The notes: generated by a model from the letters alone, not told the origin. Shown: positions 22,894-37,932, counted from the first letter of the whole stretch. The stretch is DNA of 63,149 nt, filler included, from Octopus bimaculoides (GCF_001194135.2; 6 parts of 6 records of this genome joined end to end with filler, not necessarily neighbours in it), one strand, 5' to 3'. Program-made: numbers and translations.

Positions 22894-23395
22894 CAGACCA
22901 GTGCTTGACTTCCGAGAGCTGAATGACCACATATCATGTCATTACGGGCAGCGAGGCCACAGATGTCTGCGGGTACACCTTGTGAGAATGGAGGCAGATG
23001 ACAGGGCCTCCACAATCATCGATTTGAAGTCAGCATACCTGCAGGTGCATGTGGCTGAGAGACTGTGGAAGCATCAGCTTGTCAGGTATAAGGACCGGGT
23101 ATACTGTCTGACCAGGCTGGGGTTTGGGCTAAATTCAGCGCCAAAAATTATGGCAACAATTCTCAAGGCCATCCTGGGAAAGGTGGACAGAGTAAAATGG
23201 GCCACCAATTCATATATCGATGACATCCTTGTGGATGAAACCATAATGCCAGCAACGGAGGTCATAGGCCACCTGAAGAATTTCGGACTGGTCGCCATGC
23301 CACCAGAGGCCATGGAGGGAGGCGCTGCACTGGGCCTCAAGCTACGGAGAGACAAGGCCAGCGCGTTGGTGTTTTGGCAAAGGAACGAAATCCCC
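22894..23395 (+). mobile_element. Ty3/Gypsy-type LTR retrotransposon reverse transcriptase fragment
   Basis: LDFRELN..IIDLKSAYLQ..YCLTRLGFGLNSAP..YIDDILV; apparent frameshift near 22950-23000; GC-rich contig between two gaps. Confidence 0.9.
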
Positions 23396-23507
23396 NNNNN
23401 NNNNNNNNNNNNNNNNNNNNNNNNNNNNNNNNNNNNNNNTTAATTAATTAANNNNNNNNNNNNNNNNNNNNNNNNNNNNNNNNNNNNNNNNNNNNCGCAT
23501 ATACAAT

Positions 23508-23544
<37 letters not shown>

Positions 23545-23925
23545 GTATATACACACGCACTTGTATACATAGATATACGCTTATAGACTTATATATATCC
23601 ACTTATATACATACAGTCACACGCATACACACACAAGTACACTCGCATACACTCACATACACACATATACAAGCTTATATATTTACAGACGTACATACAG
23701 AGCGTGATTGTAAGTAGCAGACATAGATTGTTACCCGTTATAAATATAAGTACTTGTAGTATCAAAACGAACGAATTTCTGGAAAGTAATTAATCTATAA
23801 ACACTTTTAATTCATTTTGTCTGAACAAGTATACATGAAGCTGCTAGTCAAAATGTTCGCTAATACATACCTAAAACTGGTCGTCCATTTAGATCGTCAT
23901 CTAGCAAGCAACATACTATATTCTA

Positions 23926-23926
<1 letters not shown>

Positions 23927-24022
<96 letters not shown>
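23927..24022. repeat. (TTA)n microsatellite (3' tail/target of the Dong-like element)
   Basis: Directly visible. Confidence 0.95.
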
Positions 24023-24569
24023 TTATGTTTGAATTTTGTTTTGCATTTGTACAAGTTGGATCCAAGTCTCACCCAGAGACCTCAAGAGACAGCAAGTTAG
24101 AAGTTCATGTAGGTGTTATGCCTAGGGTACCATATATTTGGATTTGTCTGTAGGGAAATATATGGCATGGTAGAAGGCTGTAAGAACTTCTTTATTATCT
24201 TCCCTAGACCATTTTTCATTCTTTTTCTTTTGGGTATTTGATGACGAGCATGGATGACCATCTGTTGGAATATTCCGGTTGTGGGGTACTTCCAGCTCCT
24301 GTGTGTCGGGAAGATTTGAACCAGTAGCAGATTTCTCGACTCGGATCTGGTTCATTATCCCACTAAGTGGTCCTTTATAATCCGGTCTATGACCATTCGG
24401 GTTTGTATTTTGTTTTATTAACAGTGAGGCATAACAAGCCTCGACGTTGACGCTAGGGGACGGATCTGTCTGTTTAGGGTAAATTTATTGAGACAACACC
24501 GTCTCCGAGCTCTCGTGACGTTCTCGTGACGTAGCTTCTTAAAGCTAGCCGTAGCTTCTTAAGGCTAGC
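24023..24569 (-). mobile_element. Miniature R4/Dong-like element: 5' end and ORF start fused to a 3'UTR
   Basis: ORF 24355-24122 contains KWSREDNKEVLTAFYHA (R4/Dong N-terminal-like motif). It switches near 24150 to a 3'UTR-like segment ending GAGGTCTCTGGGTGAGACTTGG..CAAACATAAAA(TAA)n. (TAA)n lies on both sides. Confidence 0.7.
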
Positions 24570-24743
<174 letters not shown>

Positions 24744-24749
24744 CTATAC

Positions 24750-25460
24750 GAAACTGATTCTAACTTCATCTTCTTCTTAGTAGAACTTCTGTGGGTAGCC
24801 AATTACTACTTGTAAACCTAGATATCTAAAGATTTTCAATAATCATTCAAGTACCTAAAATATTTCTCATAATCTTTCTTGTCCTAAGGGATATATCTGT
24901 AAAGGTTCAACAGGACATCCTATTCCAACTTCCTTACACCATTTGTCTGTAAGATTACTCAGTTTCTAGGCTGAATGTTTACAGTGTTCATATTCTAAAT
25001 TCTCTCAATTTCAAATTTAAAGGTATTGTATTTTTCTTTAAAATCCAGGAATCAAAGAGACATGATGGATACAATAGTAAGAACTTTGCTCTCAATGCGT
25101 ATTATTGTTATGACTATTTTATATTCTAGCTTCGTGTCCGTTTGAATTAGGAGATTCCATAAAATCTTGTATTTCTCTGTCTCAAGTACTCTTTAACAAA
25201 ATTCCCTGTGCAAAACTCTAAATACGTGGTCATGCCATAATTTGTTATATTCTCCGAAACAACTTGGGACAATGTGGAATAATATGTGTCGTTGTTATAT
25301 CTCAAATCCCACGAAATTTACATTTTTTTCAACTTTTTACTATACATATAATTTCTAAAGTTGTTAGTTTCTAACTCTTGATCTTGAGCTGCTATAAGAC
25401 TCTGTGTTTCTTTTTCTTTAATTGCATTATTCTCAACCAAATCCATGTTATTTTTTCACA
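24750..25460 (-). mobile_element. Old R4/Dong LINE remnant (post-RT / restriction-like endonuclease region)
   Basis: LKKKETQSLIAAQDQELETNNFRN matches the R4/Dong ETEGxIxAAQDQxLxT motif; the remainder is heavily degraded. Confidence 0.65.
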
Positions 25461-25569
25461 TACATTCTGAGACGCTTTGCTGAACTAACCGTGCAAAGGT
25501 CATTTTCTTAAAAATTCTGTTTAATTTATTTATTATTCAACTTTTATCAGAATGTTTTCGAAATTAACA

Positions 25570-26810
25570 AGCTCCCCTCCACCACCAACAAAGACGAGAA
25601 AAGCGACCGTTCGTCGAATGGGAAAACTTCATGCGGCAGAAACAAACGTTATGTGTCACCAGAGCGCACTTATTAAAAAGTGATACAATAGTATTTCTAG
25701 ATGCGGCAGTGGAAATAGAGAAATATGCTAGAAAACAAACAGACTATTATATACAAATGTGTTTCAACAAAAAATATATATATATATATATAATAAATAA
25801 AAAAATAACAGTAGACCGACAACATCATCATATGCACCAGCGCAATAAACAGAAGCTTCACTCACACCAGTCGACCAGACCACCAACTTAAACATGCGCG
25901 AATGTGCAGACATACCATCCCCTCCCGCTACATATTTTGCCAGCTGTGAAAACTTGTCTAAACGGAACAGCAGTCCGGTGCCACCAGGAGAATGGATCCT
26001 CGTGAAAGGTGAGAGAACTTACAAAATAAAAGGCGTGGTACAAGACTGAAAACAAAGAGTTGAGGGAAGGAGACAGAAAAAAGATCATACCACCACATAC
26101 CAACACACTCTACGCCAGTACAGTTAAATGCATCTTCACATTACAAAATCTTCACTGAGAGAAAACACATAGCAGTCCAAACAAACAGCATGAAGAGCAA
26201 ACACAAAGCATCTCTAATAACAAGGCCATGAACACAAACAGCTAGAACTTAATAAAGCATTAAAAAAATGTACAACCGCTATTGTAAATGAATACAACGT
26301 ATCCCTGCATAATAACCCTCTTCAAGCAGAAACATGTTTTAAAAAAACCAACACAACAAGCTTACAACAGACCGAAGCCAAAATATCACTAATCAATTGA
26401 AAATTTCCGTGGGACCAGAAAAAAGATATTCTACAAAGAAATGATAGTGAAAATACCAACAAATAGCTAGAAAGAAAGAAAGTCTATCTCTCCACAAATA
26501 CATTGGAAATGATTCTTTTCGTTCTCCTTCACTGTGATAAAGATGATCTTAATCAGAATATACACTATAAATACATCGTCTGAAGTTGCTTTGGAATGAG
26601 GGCCACATCCTCACTGAGCTCAGGTCACTAAGTATGCATGTCGTGGCTATCAGTGAGACCAGACTTTCCAATCAAGAAGCTTTCAGGCCTATTTTCGGCG
26701 GATATGAGATTAGATTATCCTCATATCAACAGGGAATAGTGGGAGCAACTGCAGCCTTGTTCCGATCTCCAGATAAGGGCTATCTTCCTGGACCTCCATC
26801 GTAAGCTGGT
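25570..26810 (+). mobile_element. Degraded LINE (L1/Tx1-like): ORF1-like A-rich stretch and start of AP endonuclease
   Basis: 26586-26804 reads ILTELRSLSMHVVAISETRLS..FGGYEI..GATAALFR, resembling the APE N-terminal DxxAxxET motif. The upstream portion is weakly supported. Confidence 0.55.
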
Positions 26811-27432
26811 AATCGTGGAAGTGAGCAGTAGCAAGAAAAAAGGTTCAAGAAAAATATATAATATATAATTATTTATTATTGAAGTGATATTTTCAGCTAC
26901 AGCCAACTACTCAGCCATCTACTATTTCGGTTCCTCGTTCTCCTTATCTGTAGCCGTTCTCCTTCCTTACTGTGTATTTTAAGTTCCATTACACATTGCC
27001 TGCCACTAATCCTAATATATGCTCTCATGTTTCAACTCCTATATCTAATCAATTTCACTTCATTTCTCACCCGGGCATACCTCTAAACAATATAACGCGT
27101 GCATACTCATACATGCAGACACAAAAACAGACACACACGTATAGGTATGCAATTCTACAGCCTCTTTATAACCTCCTACGGATGATAAAGGTTAAGTTTC
27201 TACTTAACCTGAAGTTATATCTCTCTCTGTGATATGTACATGTGTGTGTATATATATATACATACATACATATGCGTGTGTGTGAGAAAGCTTCATCATG
27301 TGTTTGATATTCGTCAACTATGAAAATTTTACCATTGTTTCCATGGCCCAGCGTAAGTTTTCAATTTCATTGTTCCTCTATCGACATGAAATTCTGATCA
27401 CTCTATCTGTATCGTTCCGCTTATCACTTTTG

Positions 27433-27490
<58 letters not shown>

Positions 27491-29597
27491 TACTCGATAC
27501 GCTGTGAAGTGTGATTGGAGCAATATATGATGGGGAGAAGAAGAGGATGAGAAGAGAAGGAGAAGTTGCAACAGATTAGTTACCTGTAGCTGGAAACGTC
27601 TCTGCAATTCTTAATATGTATATATTGAATATTTTCCTTGAACTTTTTTCCGTTCCTTAACAGTGTAAGTTAATTTGCCAACATGATGTAAGAAATAAAC
27701 AAGCCAACCAACATTTAGGTAGACTATTATTATATAGAGTATCACGTTAAAAGTTCATAGGTGTAGGGTACGCCTGTGTCATCAGACATTCTTAAACATT
27801 GTTTGGTTCGAAACATCTCATGATACTGATGTGTACTCCTCAATGTTATGTTTTTCTAGTACAAATATAAGAGGTACAACGTTGCCTGCAGTAGTAATGT
27901 ATCTCTCTTGCTGCTCCACCAGGTTGCTTGAAGAACCACTCACAATTGTGATGTTAAATTCGAGAAATATTTCAAGTGCACATTGAAAAGACTTTTTTCT
28001 CTGATATTCCTTAGATATGCCATTATATGCACAGTTACAATCGTAAGCAAAATTAATCATAATTAGCTATAATCCTTTAAGTGTAGTTTCAGATTATCGC
28101 GTTTATATTATATCAGTAGAGCTTGGGAGAATTCATTTGAAATTGGAAGCAAAGAAAACAGTTCTATAATGTATTTCTCCTGGTATTTTGAATGGGGAAA
28201 AATATTCCCAGATATAATTTCTTATGTAGATGTTTTGTCTGGGAGCTGTAGCAACATGATTTGTTAGTTTTTTGCACGTGAGAAGCATATGCATATGTTT
28301 CCTTTTAACTCTATTTTATTTCACATTTGTTGAAAAAAAATTATATGAAGGTGAGAGTCATAATTTAGGTTCCAGTAAATGCACCAGTATGTTTGAAAAG
28401 TATCTATTTTTTTCTTCTGGTTTATCTATTTTGCAATATTGTAGTAAAATTTTACATCAATACAAGATTTGTCGTAAAATATCAATTGACTTTTAAAGAG
28501 ACGTAAAAATTAGAGCGTGTAATAGACGCACTGAAATAAGTTCGAATAGGCTGGAATGAATTTACGTTACAAAATTATAATCTATAGTAACACACAAATG
28601 TCGCTAAATAAATGACAACTAATAATTAATCGACAAAATTTAAGCCTTGATAGAGATACAAATAAGAGAAAAGGGGAAGATGATCATACATAACCTATGT
28701 GTATAACGCTATCAAAACATGCACAAATAAAGGTGTATAGAATTGCATGCATGAATATATCAGCGGCATTCTGCGTATGTGTATATTATCTTAAGTGATC
28801 TGCGTGTTTTAATGCAAAAACAGAGATATTCTAGCCATAATTTTAGCTGAAACACCCCGCCATCCCTAGATATTTCAGCAAGGAAAATATTTTAGAACGC
28901 TTCCCTTATCACCCGCTGTCAATCATTCTGTACTTCCGATGCTTCCTATTTCTTCCTATTCTTTAGTTCTGCTCTAAATTCCGCCCACTTATCTACACGT
29001 GAGTAAGGCACAATACAACTTTTTGACAGTTACACCTTATTTATTCGACCCCGGTCCTAAGTAAAGGCTTATAGCACGTGCACACATACAGACTAAGTCT
29101 AATATGCACATAATCATGCGCAATCATATAGATACACATATGCAGATGTACCTTCGCACCATATATNNNNNNNNNNNNNNNNNNNNNNNNNNNNNNNNNN
29201 NNNNNNNNNNNNNNNNNNNNNNNNNNNNNNNNNNNNNNNNNNNNNNNNNNNNNNNNNNNNNNNNNNNNNNNNNNNNNNNNNNNNNNNNNNNNNNNNNNNN
29301 NNNNNNNNNNNNNNNNNNNNNNNNNNNNNNNNNNNNNNNNNNNNNNNNNNNNNNNNNNNNNNNNNNNNNNNNNNNNNNNNNNNNNNNNNNNNNNNNNNNN
29401 NNNNNNNNNNNNNNNNNNNNNNNNNNNNNNNNNNNNNNNNNNNNNNNNNNNNNNNNNNNNNNNNNNNNNNNNNNNNNNNNNNNNNNNNNNNNNNNNNNNN
29501 NNNNNNNNNNNNNNNNNNNNNNNNNNNNNNNNNNNNNNNNNNNNNNNNNNNNNNNNNNNNNNNNNNNNNNNNNNNNNNNNNNNNNNNNNNNNNNNNN

Positions 29598-29631
<34 letters not shown>

Positions 29632-30273
29632 CGATTGAATGTGTCTGTGTTCATAAACCAAAATAAAAACAAGCAATATTGGGAGACATAAACGTGAACT
29701 CAGACACTGGTAAGAAAATTACAAGAACATAATATCGCCCGCAAAAATACCAATTTCGGAATGAAATAGCAATAACCATTAAAACAGTTGATCAGCTAAT
29801 GGATGTTCCACCAAATCTCATGGAAACGTAAAGTCGTCTATATACTTTATATTATTAGATGAACGGTTCTGCAGAGAAAACTTGATTAGTATTTGAAACA
29901 GACCATGGAAGATTCATGCTTAGGTTTTATAAACACGAGAAAGTAGAACCATATTTCCATGCATATGTATACATATATAAATATGCAGTTGAGAAATACA
30001 GAGATATGTGTAGATCGTAAATATAATCACATTTTATACGCATGTATACAGACATATGCTTACGCTATGTATTTGTATGTATGTTCACCAATCAATAAAC
30101 CTATCTGTATACTACATACAAAGAATTTCCCTCAGACACGCAAACATCTACGCATGACTATACGTGTGCACGCACGGGTTTGCGGAGGTATGTATTTATA
30201 CACAAACATACACACAAGCACACGCAGACACGCACATACACATGTATTGACCGAAAGATAGATATATAGATAA

Positions 30274-30313
<40 letters not shown>

Positions 30314-31016
30314 CTAGATAGATAGATACACATACACTTACATTTGTCTGTGTACATGTGTTAAATATCTTTATATAATTGTGTTTCTTTGTATGAATAT
30401 CTTCTTGCTGGCGCTAATGCTGGAGACACAAAACTAAGTAGGACTTGAAATTAACACGCTTTTTAAAGCAAACACGCAAGAAAATTGCATTATAGAGCTA
30501 AGAGATAATTGCTACTCTCCGATATGTGTGAGAATTATTAATAATATGTAAGGCACACATGATAAGATCACTATTAAAGATAAGGTTACTATTAAAAGTT
30601 CATGTATAAATTCTGGAATACGCAATAGTTTGTTATATCCCTCGGTATATCACTGGGCTTATGCCGAATATTTTAATGAAAAGATAATCAAGATGTGACC
30701 ACTTGTCTATTTGTGTTTCAGTGCACAATATTTGATTTATCATTCATTATTTAATATCAAAATTTATTCTAAAGATTTGTTTCTTCTTTCGTACACAGAC
30801 CTTCAATCAAATTTAGAGATTTAGACTCATCTGAGTCGGGGGAATGTTCACAATTTCATCCTGCTTTTATGCTTCTAATTTATACAGCAGAAATTGAAGA
30901 TGATGTAAATAAAGCGATACAGATAATATGCATTAGCTTATATCACACTCACACAAACACACACATCCTATTTTTGATTTTTGTTTCTGCTAACTGCTCG
31001 TCAAGAGAATGAATAA

Positions 31017-31227
31017 TCGACAATAGCTAATTTCTTCATACTACCTGCACCAGAATACCACCAACCATATCGATTCGGCATCGCGTCACAGTTCTACAGG
31101 AACCTAATTTTCTATAAGAAGCTTAAATGCCCAGGAATTTCATCTATTAGCAAATATTCAGAAATAACTATGATTTTCAAAACAATGGAATTTACGATTA
31201 TGACAGCAGAAAGAGCCTTCATTGCTG
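31017..31227 (+). CDS. Candidate exon ending at a strong donor (..ITMIFKTMEFTIMTAERAFIA G|GTAAGT)
   Basis: 70 open codons in AT-rich DNA; consensus donor CTG|GTAAGT at 31228. Product not recognised. Confidence 0.25.
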
Positions 31228-32965
31228 GTAAGTGGGGGAGAGTGAAAATAAAATGATTGAAATAAAAATGTCAGTGATGAGGCAGCTGAAGTTAATGAAT
31301 TTGTTATTTCTTACGATAGTGATGATGATAGAGTTGTTGTTATTGGTGGTGGTGATGATAATGATGTAAACGAAGGGAAGAGATGGACAAGGAAGAGAAG
31401 GAGAGAGAGAAATACATTAGAGATTTTTAATTTTCCACTCATTGTTTTATTTTAGGCATTCTTGATCCCACGGATTCTATTGCGAAAACTATGACGCTTC
31501 TTTTATAATGCAGTGATTAATTGAATAAGTTACATCTATAGATTGAATATAATTTGTTTACTTACGTAGCTTATTTTCATAACTCTAGCTTTTTTTTTCC
31601 TATTCTGTAATCAGATTCGAAAGTATAACATCAGTCAAAGAACAATCTCCGAATAACAAGACCCTCCAGTCAGCTTATTAGATATATATGTAGTCTTGCT
31701 TTATAGGATATTATGACTAACTATTTATGAGTTAAATTTTATTTCGTACCAAGTACATTTCTGCACCGTGATACTAGCTGCGTCCTTATATTAATCTCAG
31801 ACTGTGAGCATCACACAATTTTGGGAGAGAAAATGTTATCGTTGTTACATATATAAGATTATTGTTGGTATTTTAAGTATTGTTATGCCTGACTTTGTAC
31901 TAGGCACATTTTTGTTGTAAATCTTGTAGCGTATTTGAGGAGAGTTAAACATATGGCAGCTATGTGAGCATTGATACTTTCATGTACATTCGTTTTTCAT
32001 TTTGAGTATTATAGATGATTGTAAAATTTCCTGAGTTTGTGACATGTGTGAAGCTTCTGATGACGTAAAATGCGCTATAGAAGATATATTGTTGCATGCT
32101 GTATTGTAGATAAGAATGAATGTTTTAGTACGATTTTTATAATACGATGGATATTTTATTGTGTTGCATACTCGTGTCATTCAATATTGTTTCTTCCCGT
32201 TTGATGTCGATATAGGCTTTAAATTTTCACATGTTATGTTGATATATGTGTGTTCAAGAGGAGAATATTCAATGCTGAACCTCCATATTACCTTCACATA
32301 AATCCCCACAAGAATTTCTGCATGATATTTAGCTTTAGTCTTTTAATGATATAAAAACACGTTCATATATCTATATTAAAGTTGAACCACATGTCGAAGA
32401 GCCTCGAAAGATTTCAGCCATATAGTTTGAGTGTGCAAATTTGATGGTATTTGCTGAAAAATAATTGATTTTGTACGAAATATTTTCGCTGTTCTTCGTG
32501 GTTAGAGATAACCGATTTTTGGACTTTGAAATCAGTGTTAACTTCAATGTTTTGAAATATCATCTGCCGATATTTTTAGCAAAGCATTTTCAAAATCAAA
32601 TAGTGTAGTCATGTCAGCTTTGTTAACATGAAAATATAAGATTATGTATACGTACACAATACATACATCGTATATNNNNNNNNNNNNNNNNNNNNNNNNN
32701 NNNNNNNNNNNNNNNNNNNNNNNNNNNNNNNNNNNNNNNNNNNNNNNNNNNNNNNNNNNNNNNNNNNNNNNNNNNNNNNNNNNNNNNNNNNNNNNNNNNN
32801 NNNNNNNNNNNNNNNNNNNNNNNNNNNNNNNNNNNNNNNNNNNNNNNNNNNNNNNNNNNNNNNNNNNNNNNNNNNNNNNNNNNNNNNNNNNNNNNNNNNN
32901 NNNNNNNNNNNNNNNNNNNNNNNNNNNNNNNNNNNNNNNNNNNNNNNNNNNNNNNNNATATATAT

Positions 32966-33011
<46 letters not shown>

Positions 33012-33549
33012 ATATGCATACTTGTGTGAGTATATGTATGCGTATTTGTGTGTGTATGAGTGTGTGCGTGTATGTATGCGTGTGTGTATGTGCGAGAAAT
33101 ACTTGGTTATACGATAAAATATTTTTGCCGAAACTAAATTATTGATTTCCAGATTTCGGATTTCGTCATGTTACAAATACTATTATATATATTAGATATA
33201 TACCTTTTATTTCTCTGCAACCGATAAAGATACTACCAGTACTACATGAAATCAATAATTTATAATCAATTTCTCATATTTATTACAAATGCTATGGCAT
33301 ATTCTCACTTATTGATTAACTCATGGAAATAGATTTGAACATATACTAACCGATATGCATATGCAATATGACATTGAAATATAAACACTAGAATATTCAA
33401 ATTCTTTTACAATCTATGTTAGTTTCATTTTAGTGTTGGAAATACACATCTATGAAAGATATATTTTCAGCCATATACACTTACGTACGGATATGCGTCA
33501 GTGTATATGCAAGAAAGATTTTATGTTTGTTACTATATAAGGGAATATC

Positions 33550-33672
33550 GGTTTCAAATCTTGTCAAAAGGACAATTTCAAGGGAAGGGTTAAGTCGATT
33601 ACATCGACTACGTTGTTTAACTGGTACATATTTTATCGATCTCGAAAGGATGAAAGTAAAGTCAACCCTGGC
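33550..33672 (-). mobile_element. SINE family D 3' part
   Basis: AAGTCGATTACATCGAC..ACTGGTAC..TTTTATCGATCTCGAAAGGATGAAAG. Confidence 0.75.
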
Positions 33673-34280
33673 TAGTTGCGTTTATATATGAAAATATTGA
33701 TGTTCATTTCTATGAAAATTACTGTAACTTTTTTCTTGTGACAGTTTTGTAACACTGGATAAATATACTCATCGAAAAATAAAAAAAAAACGTAGAGAAA
33801 AATGTGTGTATATATATGGTATATACTTGGACAATATACACACAAACTCACACAGACCAACACACACACACAAATATATATACGAATACAAATGCATACG
33901 CACACACCAGAGACATATATAGCTGGTTAGCTAGCTAGCTTGGTAAATACACACACATATATATGTAGATGTAGATATACATAAATACATAGATAGATAG
34001 ATGATAGATAGGCAGACAGATAGATAGACGGATAGATAAGATCGATAGACATACCTAGATGAGCGCAGAGATAACCACATGCATGCATACATATATATGT
34101 ATGTAAGCACAAAGATTTATATATTATACACCTAAGTCTGTGTGTAATTCAAAATGACTTCCCGTGCATAATAATCTAAAACTAGTCTATAAAACTACTT
34201 TTATTCTATGTAATTTTCTAATAATCGTGGCCTCAAAGAACATAAAATCAAATATATTTAAAGATATTTAAATGTCTGTA

Positions 34281-34316
<36 letters not shown>

Positions 34317-36128
34317 TGTGCGTGTATACCTGTATTTCTGTGTGTGTGCGTGTTTGTGTGCATGCTTGTGTATGTGTGTGTATGTGTGTGCGTGGTGAGA
34401 TATATCTACTGAGGTAAAATATCGTACTCAGTACTTTGGTCTGTATAATTATCTGTTGACGTCCTGAGTGTGCTTTCTGTTAACGCACAGATATTCACGG
34501 AATTTGCTTTCTCGTACATGATTTCCAACCAGCAATGATATAATTATTCACCACTCAGGCTAATGCAGCTTTCAAGTTGTGTTTTTTGTAAATGCTGGAC
34601 CAATGTAAATGGAAAATGTATTTCGATTTTCGGAAGAACAGTTTTCAAAATATCTATATGAAATTAATTCAGGAATGATAAACAAATATTTTAAATACTA
34701 CCGTGACGTTTATATTTTCTGTGGGGTAAGTTCAATTTTGTAACAGTTTCCGGCGCTTTCTAAATTCGTAGACACATTTGAACATGTCTTTTTTGTTTTT
34801 TACAAGAAGGTATTCTACACATTGTTATTGAAGATATAAAAGATACTTTCAATAGAGCCAAGATGAGTGTGATACTTAAAAAATGTTTTCAAAAATGTAC
34901 ATATTTAAGGAGAAAGAAACGACATTCTCTCTATCTGATTTTCAATTAACATTGAAATAATTATAATTTAACACAGCTTAAAATAATAACTCGGCTGATT
35001 GGTTGTTCACATATATGGCGAGGGAGGTTATCGACATGCCAGATTTCATATAAATAATATTGATTTTTTTCTCGTTAATGAAAAGAAAAATGTATTGTAT
35101 GTATTTGCGCAATTGGATTTTCTTTGTTTAAAATCATCATTTAATCATAGATTTCTTGATTTTGTAAACGGCCGATATCGTTCTAGTGGTATATTTTCAG
35201 TATGGAATCTAGGGTTTGTTATATTCTACATTAAACTATATTGTTATGCACCTCATTTTTGATGAAGTATTTTGATGTGTATGATAGAAACATTCCTCTA
35301 GAAAATGGGTGCTGTATTCAAAGGTCATTATTGTAAATGAGATCGAATAGTAAAACTAATTTGAAAGGCTTAGAATTTTATAAACACCTCTATCTAAATT
35401 TTACTACTATTTAGGAAAGAACTACACAACTGCAACTTTTAAAAATACAAGATTAGAAGCCTATAGAGTATATGTGTATCACCGCCCTATATTTTATTTG
35501 GAAATAAAGGAAAATGAATCTACCACTTATTGTGATCTTAAATGGCTAAGATTGCTATAATATAATGTAATTATTAAAAACATACAAAGACATACAAGCA
35601 CCTACAATTACACATACGCACATACACGCACACGTACGCACATACACGCACACATACGCACGCATATTCAATTCGTGATATATCAATTGTCATTTTCATG
35701 ACAGGAACTCCTGTATATCAGAAGTACAGAGCTAAATCGATGAATTAATAACTCGATTAGTAATATGTGCTTCATCTATCTCTGGTCGCCTGTAATGACC
35801 TCTGTCCAGAAATTATCACTGGCGTATCTTTCTTATTTTTAGACGTTATCAAATATATGTCAATATAACTAATTTCCTCTAGCATTTAATTTTTTTTCTC
35901 TTCTTCCGCTCCCACTCTATATCTATAATCATTTAATCTCAATACTAATTCACTCAGAATAAATTTCTTGATTTCCCTTCAGCTCCCATTTCTCTTTCTT
36001 CATATTATTTGTTCTCTCGTACAGACCATCATTATTTTACATACTTACTGATTTATTGTCATATCAGTACAGAAATACAAGGCTTTGAGAAGTGATAGCG
36101 ATGTAAAATTGATGGGTTGCAAAAAAAG

Positions 36129-36168
<40 letters not shown>

Positions 36169-36907
36169 CACATTGTGCTACCACTGCTAACTGCTGCTCA
36201 AATAATGAAACTAGGCCCGATGAAGATCTTGGGGTAGAATCGCTGTAAAAAATACCGATAACTACTAAATTATGCGCAAGGACGGAAATATTGAATGGTG
36301 TTAATCGATTAAATCAAGATCTGTACTTCATTAACACATTCTTTATTGACCCTGGAGAGATGGATGATGAACCTGAGATCGCACGATGAATATAGTCTGT
36401 CTCTCCAACTGTTGTTACATTTAACTAAAAATAACAACGCATATTTTTTTTCTCACACAACTGTGAATCAGTATCATAAATCTACACACTCGCCATTGAT
36501 TTTTTACAATTAAAACGTTGCAACAATACTACTTAAGCCTCAACAAGATGCACATTTCATCCAATACTACAACATCGTATAGCTCTATGAAGATAAAAAC
36601 ATCATTCAACGAGATATGAGATGAATCAAACGATACAAAATAAAAACGATACGAGAAGCAATAAGGACTAGGGTATGCAAGATAAAAAGAAAACTAACTA
36701 ACATACATAAAAAGCAATACTGCACATCTTACAGAAATGCAGAAATGCACTCCATGGTAACATTAGAGTAGTAGAATCTAATATGATGCTGCTTATGACA
36801 TGATAATTACATGTGTTAGAAAAAATCGCATATTTTTTTATAAAGTGCGTTACGGAACTGAGTTATTTAGATTCAATCGCTACAAGTCTTGGGTATATAT
36901 GTATAAC

Positions 36908-36959
<52 letters not shown>

Positions 36960-37099
36960 GGAGAGAAGTAATGAGGCCGAAAGTGAGAAAAAGAAACCAT
37001 TGGAATATTTGGGCAAACGTATCGTTTCTTCTATCAAAACAGAGACTACTATTGCAGCTAATTCTGATGAAATGGTTATTGTTAACTGTAATATTAATG

Positions 37100-37210
37100 G
37101 CATCCTCCTCCTCCTCCTCATCATCATCATCATCATGATCATCATCATGATCATCATCATCATCATCATCATGATCATCATCATGATCATCATCATCATC
37201 ATCATCATTA
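37100..37210. repeat. (CTC)n/(ATC)n microsatellite
   Basis: Directly visible; explains the poly-I/M/D ORFs here. Confidence 0.95.
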
Positions 37211-37211
37211 T

Positions 37212-37350
37212 CAAGGCGACAAGGTGGCAGTAGCGATAGCACGCTGGACTAAATGCTTAGAAGTGTTTTTCCCGTCGTTATGGTCTGATTTCAAATTCCG
37301 CCGAGGTTGATATTTACTTTCATCTTTTCGGGGGTAAATAAATTTAGAAC
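37212..37350 (+). mobile_element. SINE family D, head and core
   Basis: AAGGCGACAAGGTGGCAG..TTCAAATTCCGCCGAGGTTG..TTTCATCTTTTCGGGGG. Confidence 0.8.
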
Positions 37351-37364
37351 CAATGAAAAACTGG

Positions 37365-37837
37365 GAGCAGTGCATGCCATCACTGGGGTGAAAAAAATAC
37401 GAAGGTTGTATAGCCAACATGACTACCCGTCTGATAAACGTACACCAGGTACATGCATTGCAACCATATGTGCGCAATATAGTGATCTCATATCAAGATA
37501 AACAGCGCATGACCTTAGATTTTCTTCAGGTTGAGCAGCCCATCCCACTGAAATGCTCCCTGAATAAGAGTTGAGGAGGTGAATTATCCATACCCCAAAG
37601 ATTTCCTCGAAACACATGGCTATGTTGCCCCAAAATATTTCTGCTCGTGATCAAAGATGCATATATTGTCAACCACTAAGGGTTAAGATCAAACAACTGA
37701 TAAACAAATATGTGGTATTGAGCAGAATATTTGCTGTAACCCATCATTTATACCATGGTAAACGATGTACATCGTAACAGTTCCAATCACTTAAGATCAG
37801 AAGACATGACTGCCACAGCCTGGTGCTGTATCAAGGC

Positions 37838-37838
<1 letters not shown>
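37365..37838 (-). mobile_element. Unclassified repeat family E, copy 1
   Basis: Homologous to 37933-38460 and, inverted, to 60791-60931; bounded by (TAA)n. Strand assumed from the tail of copy 2. Confidence 0.75.
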
Positions 37839-37894
<56 letters not shown>

Positions 37895-37932
37895 TGACCA
37901 TCATCATCATCATCATCATCAGTATTATTATT

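Noticed and set aside
27575-27620. Minus-strand 18-nt microexon (AGACGTTTCCAGCTACAG|GTAACT)
   Set aside because: The acceptor lacks a polypyrimidine tract, and there is no supporting context.
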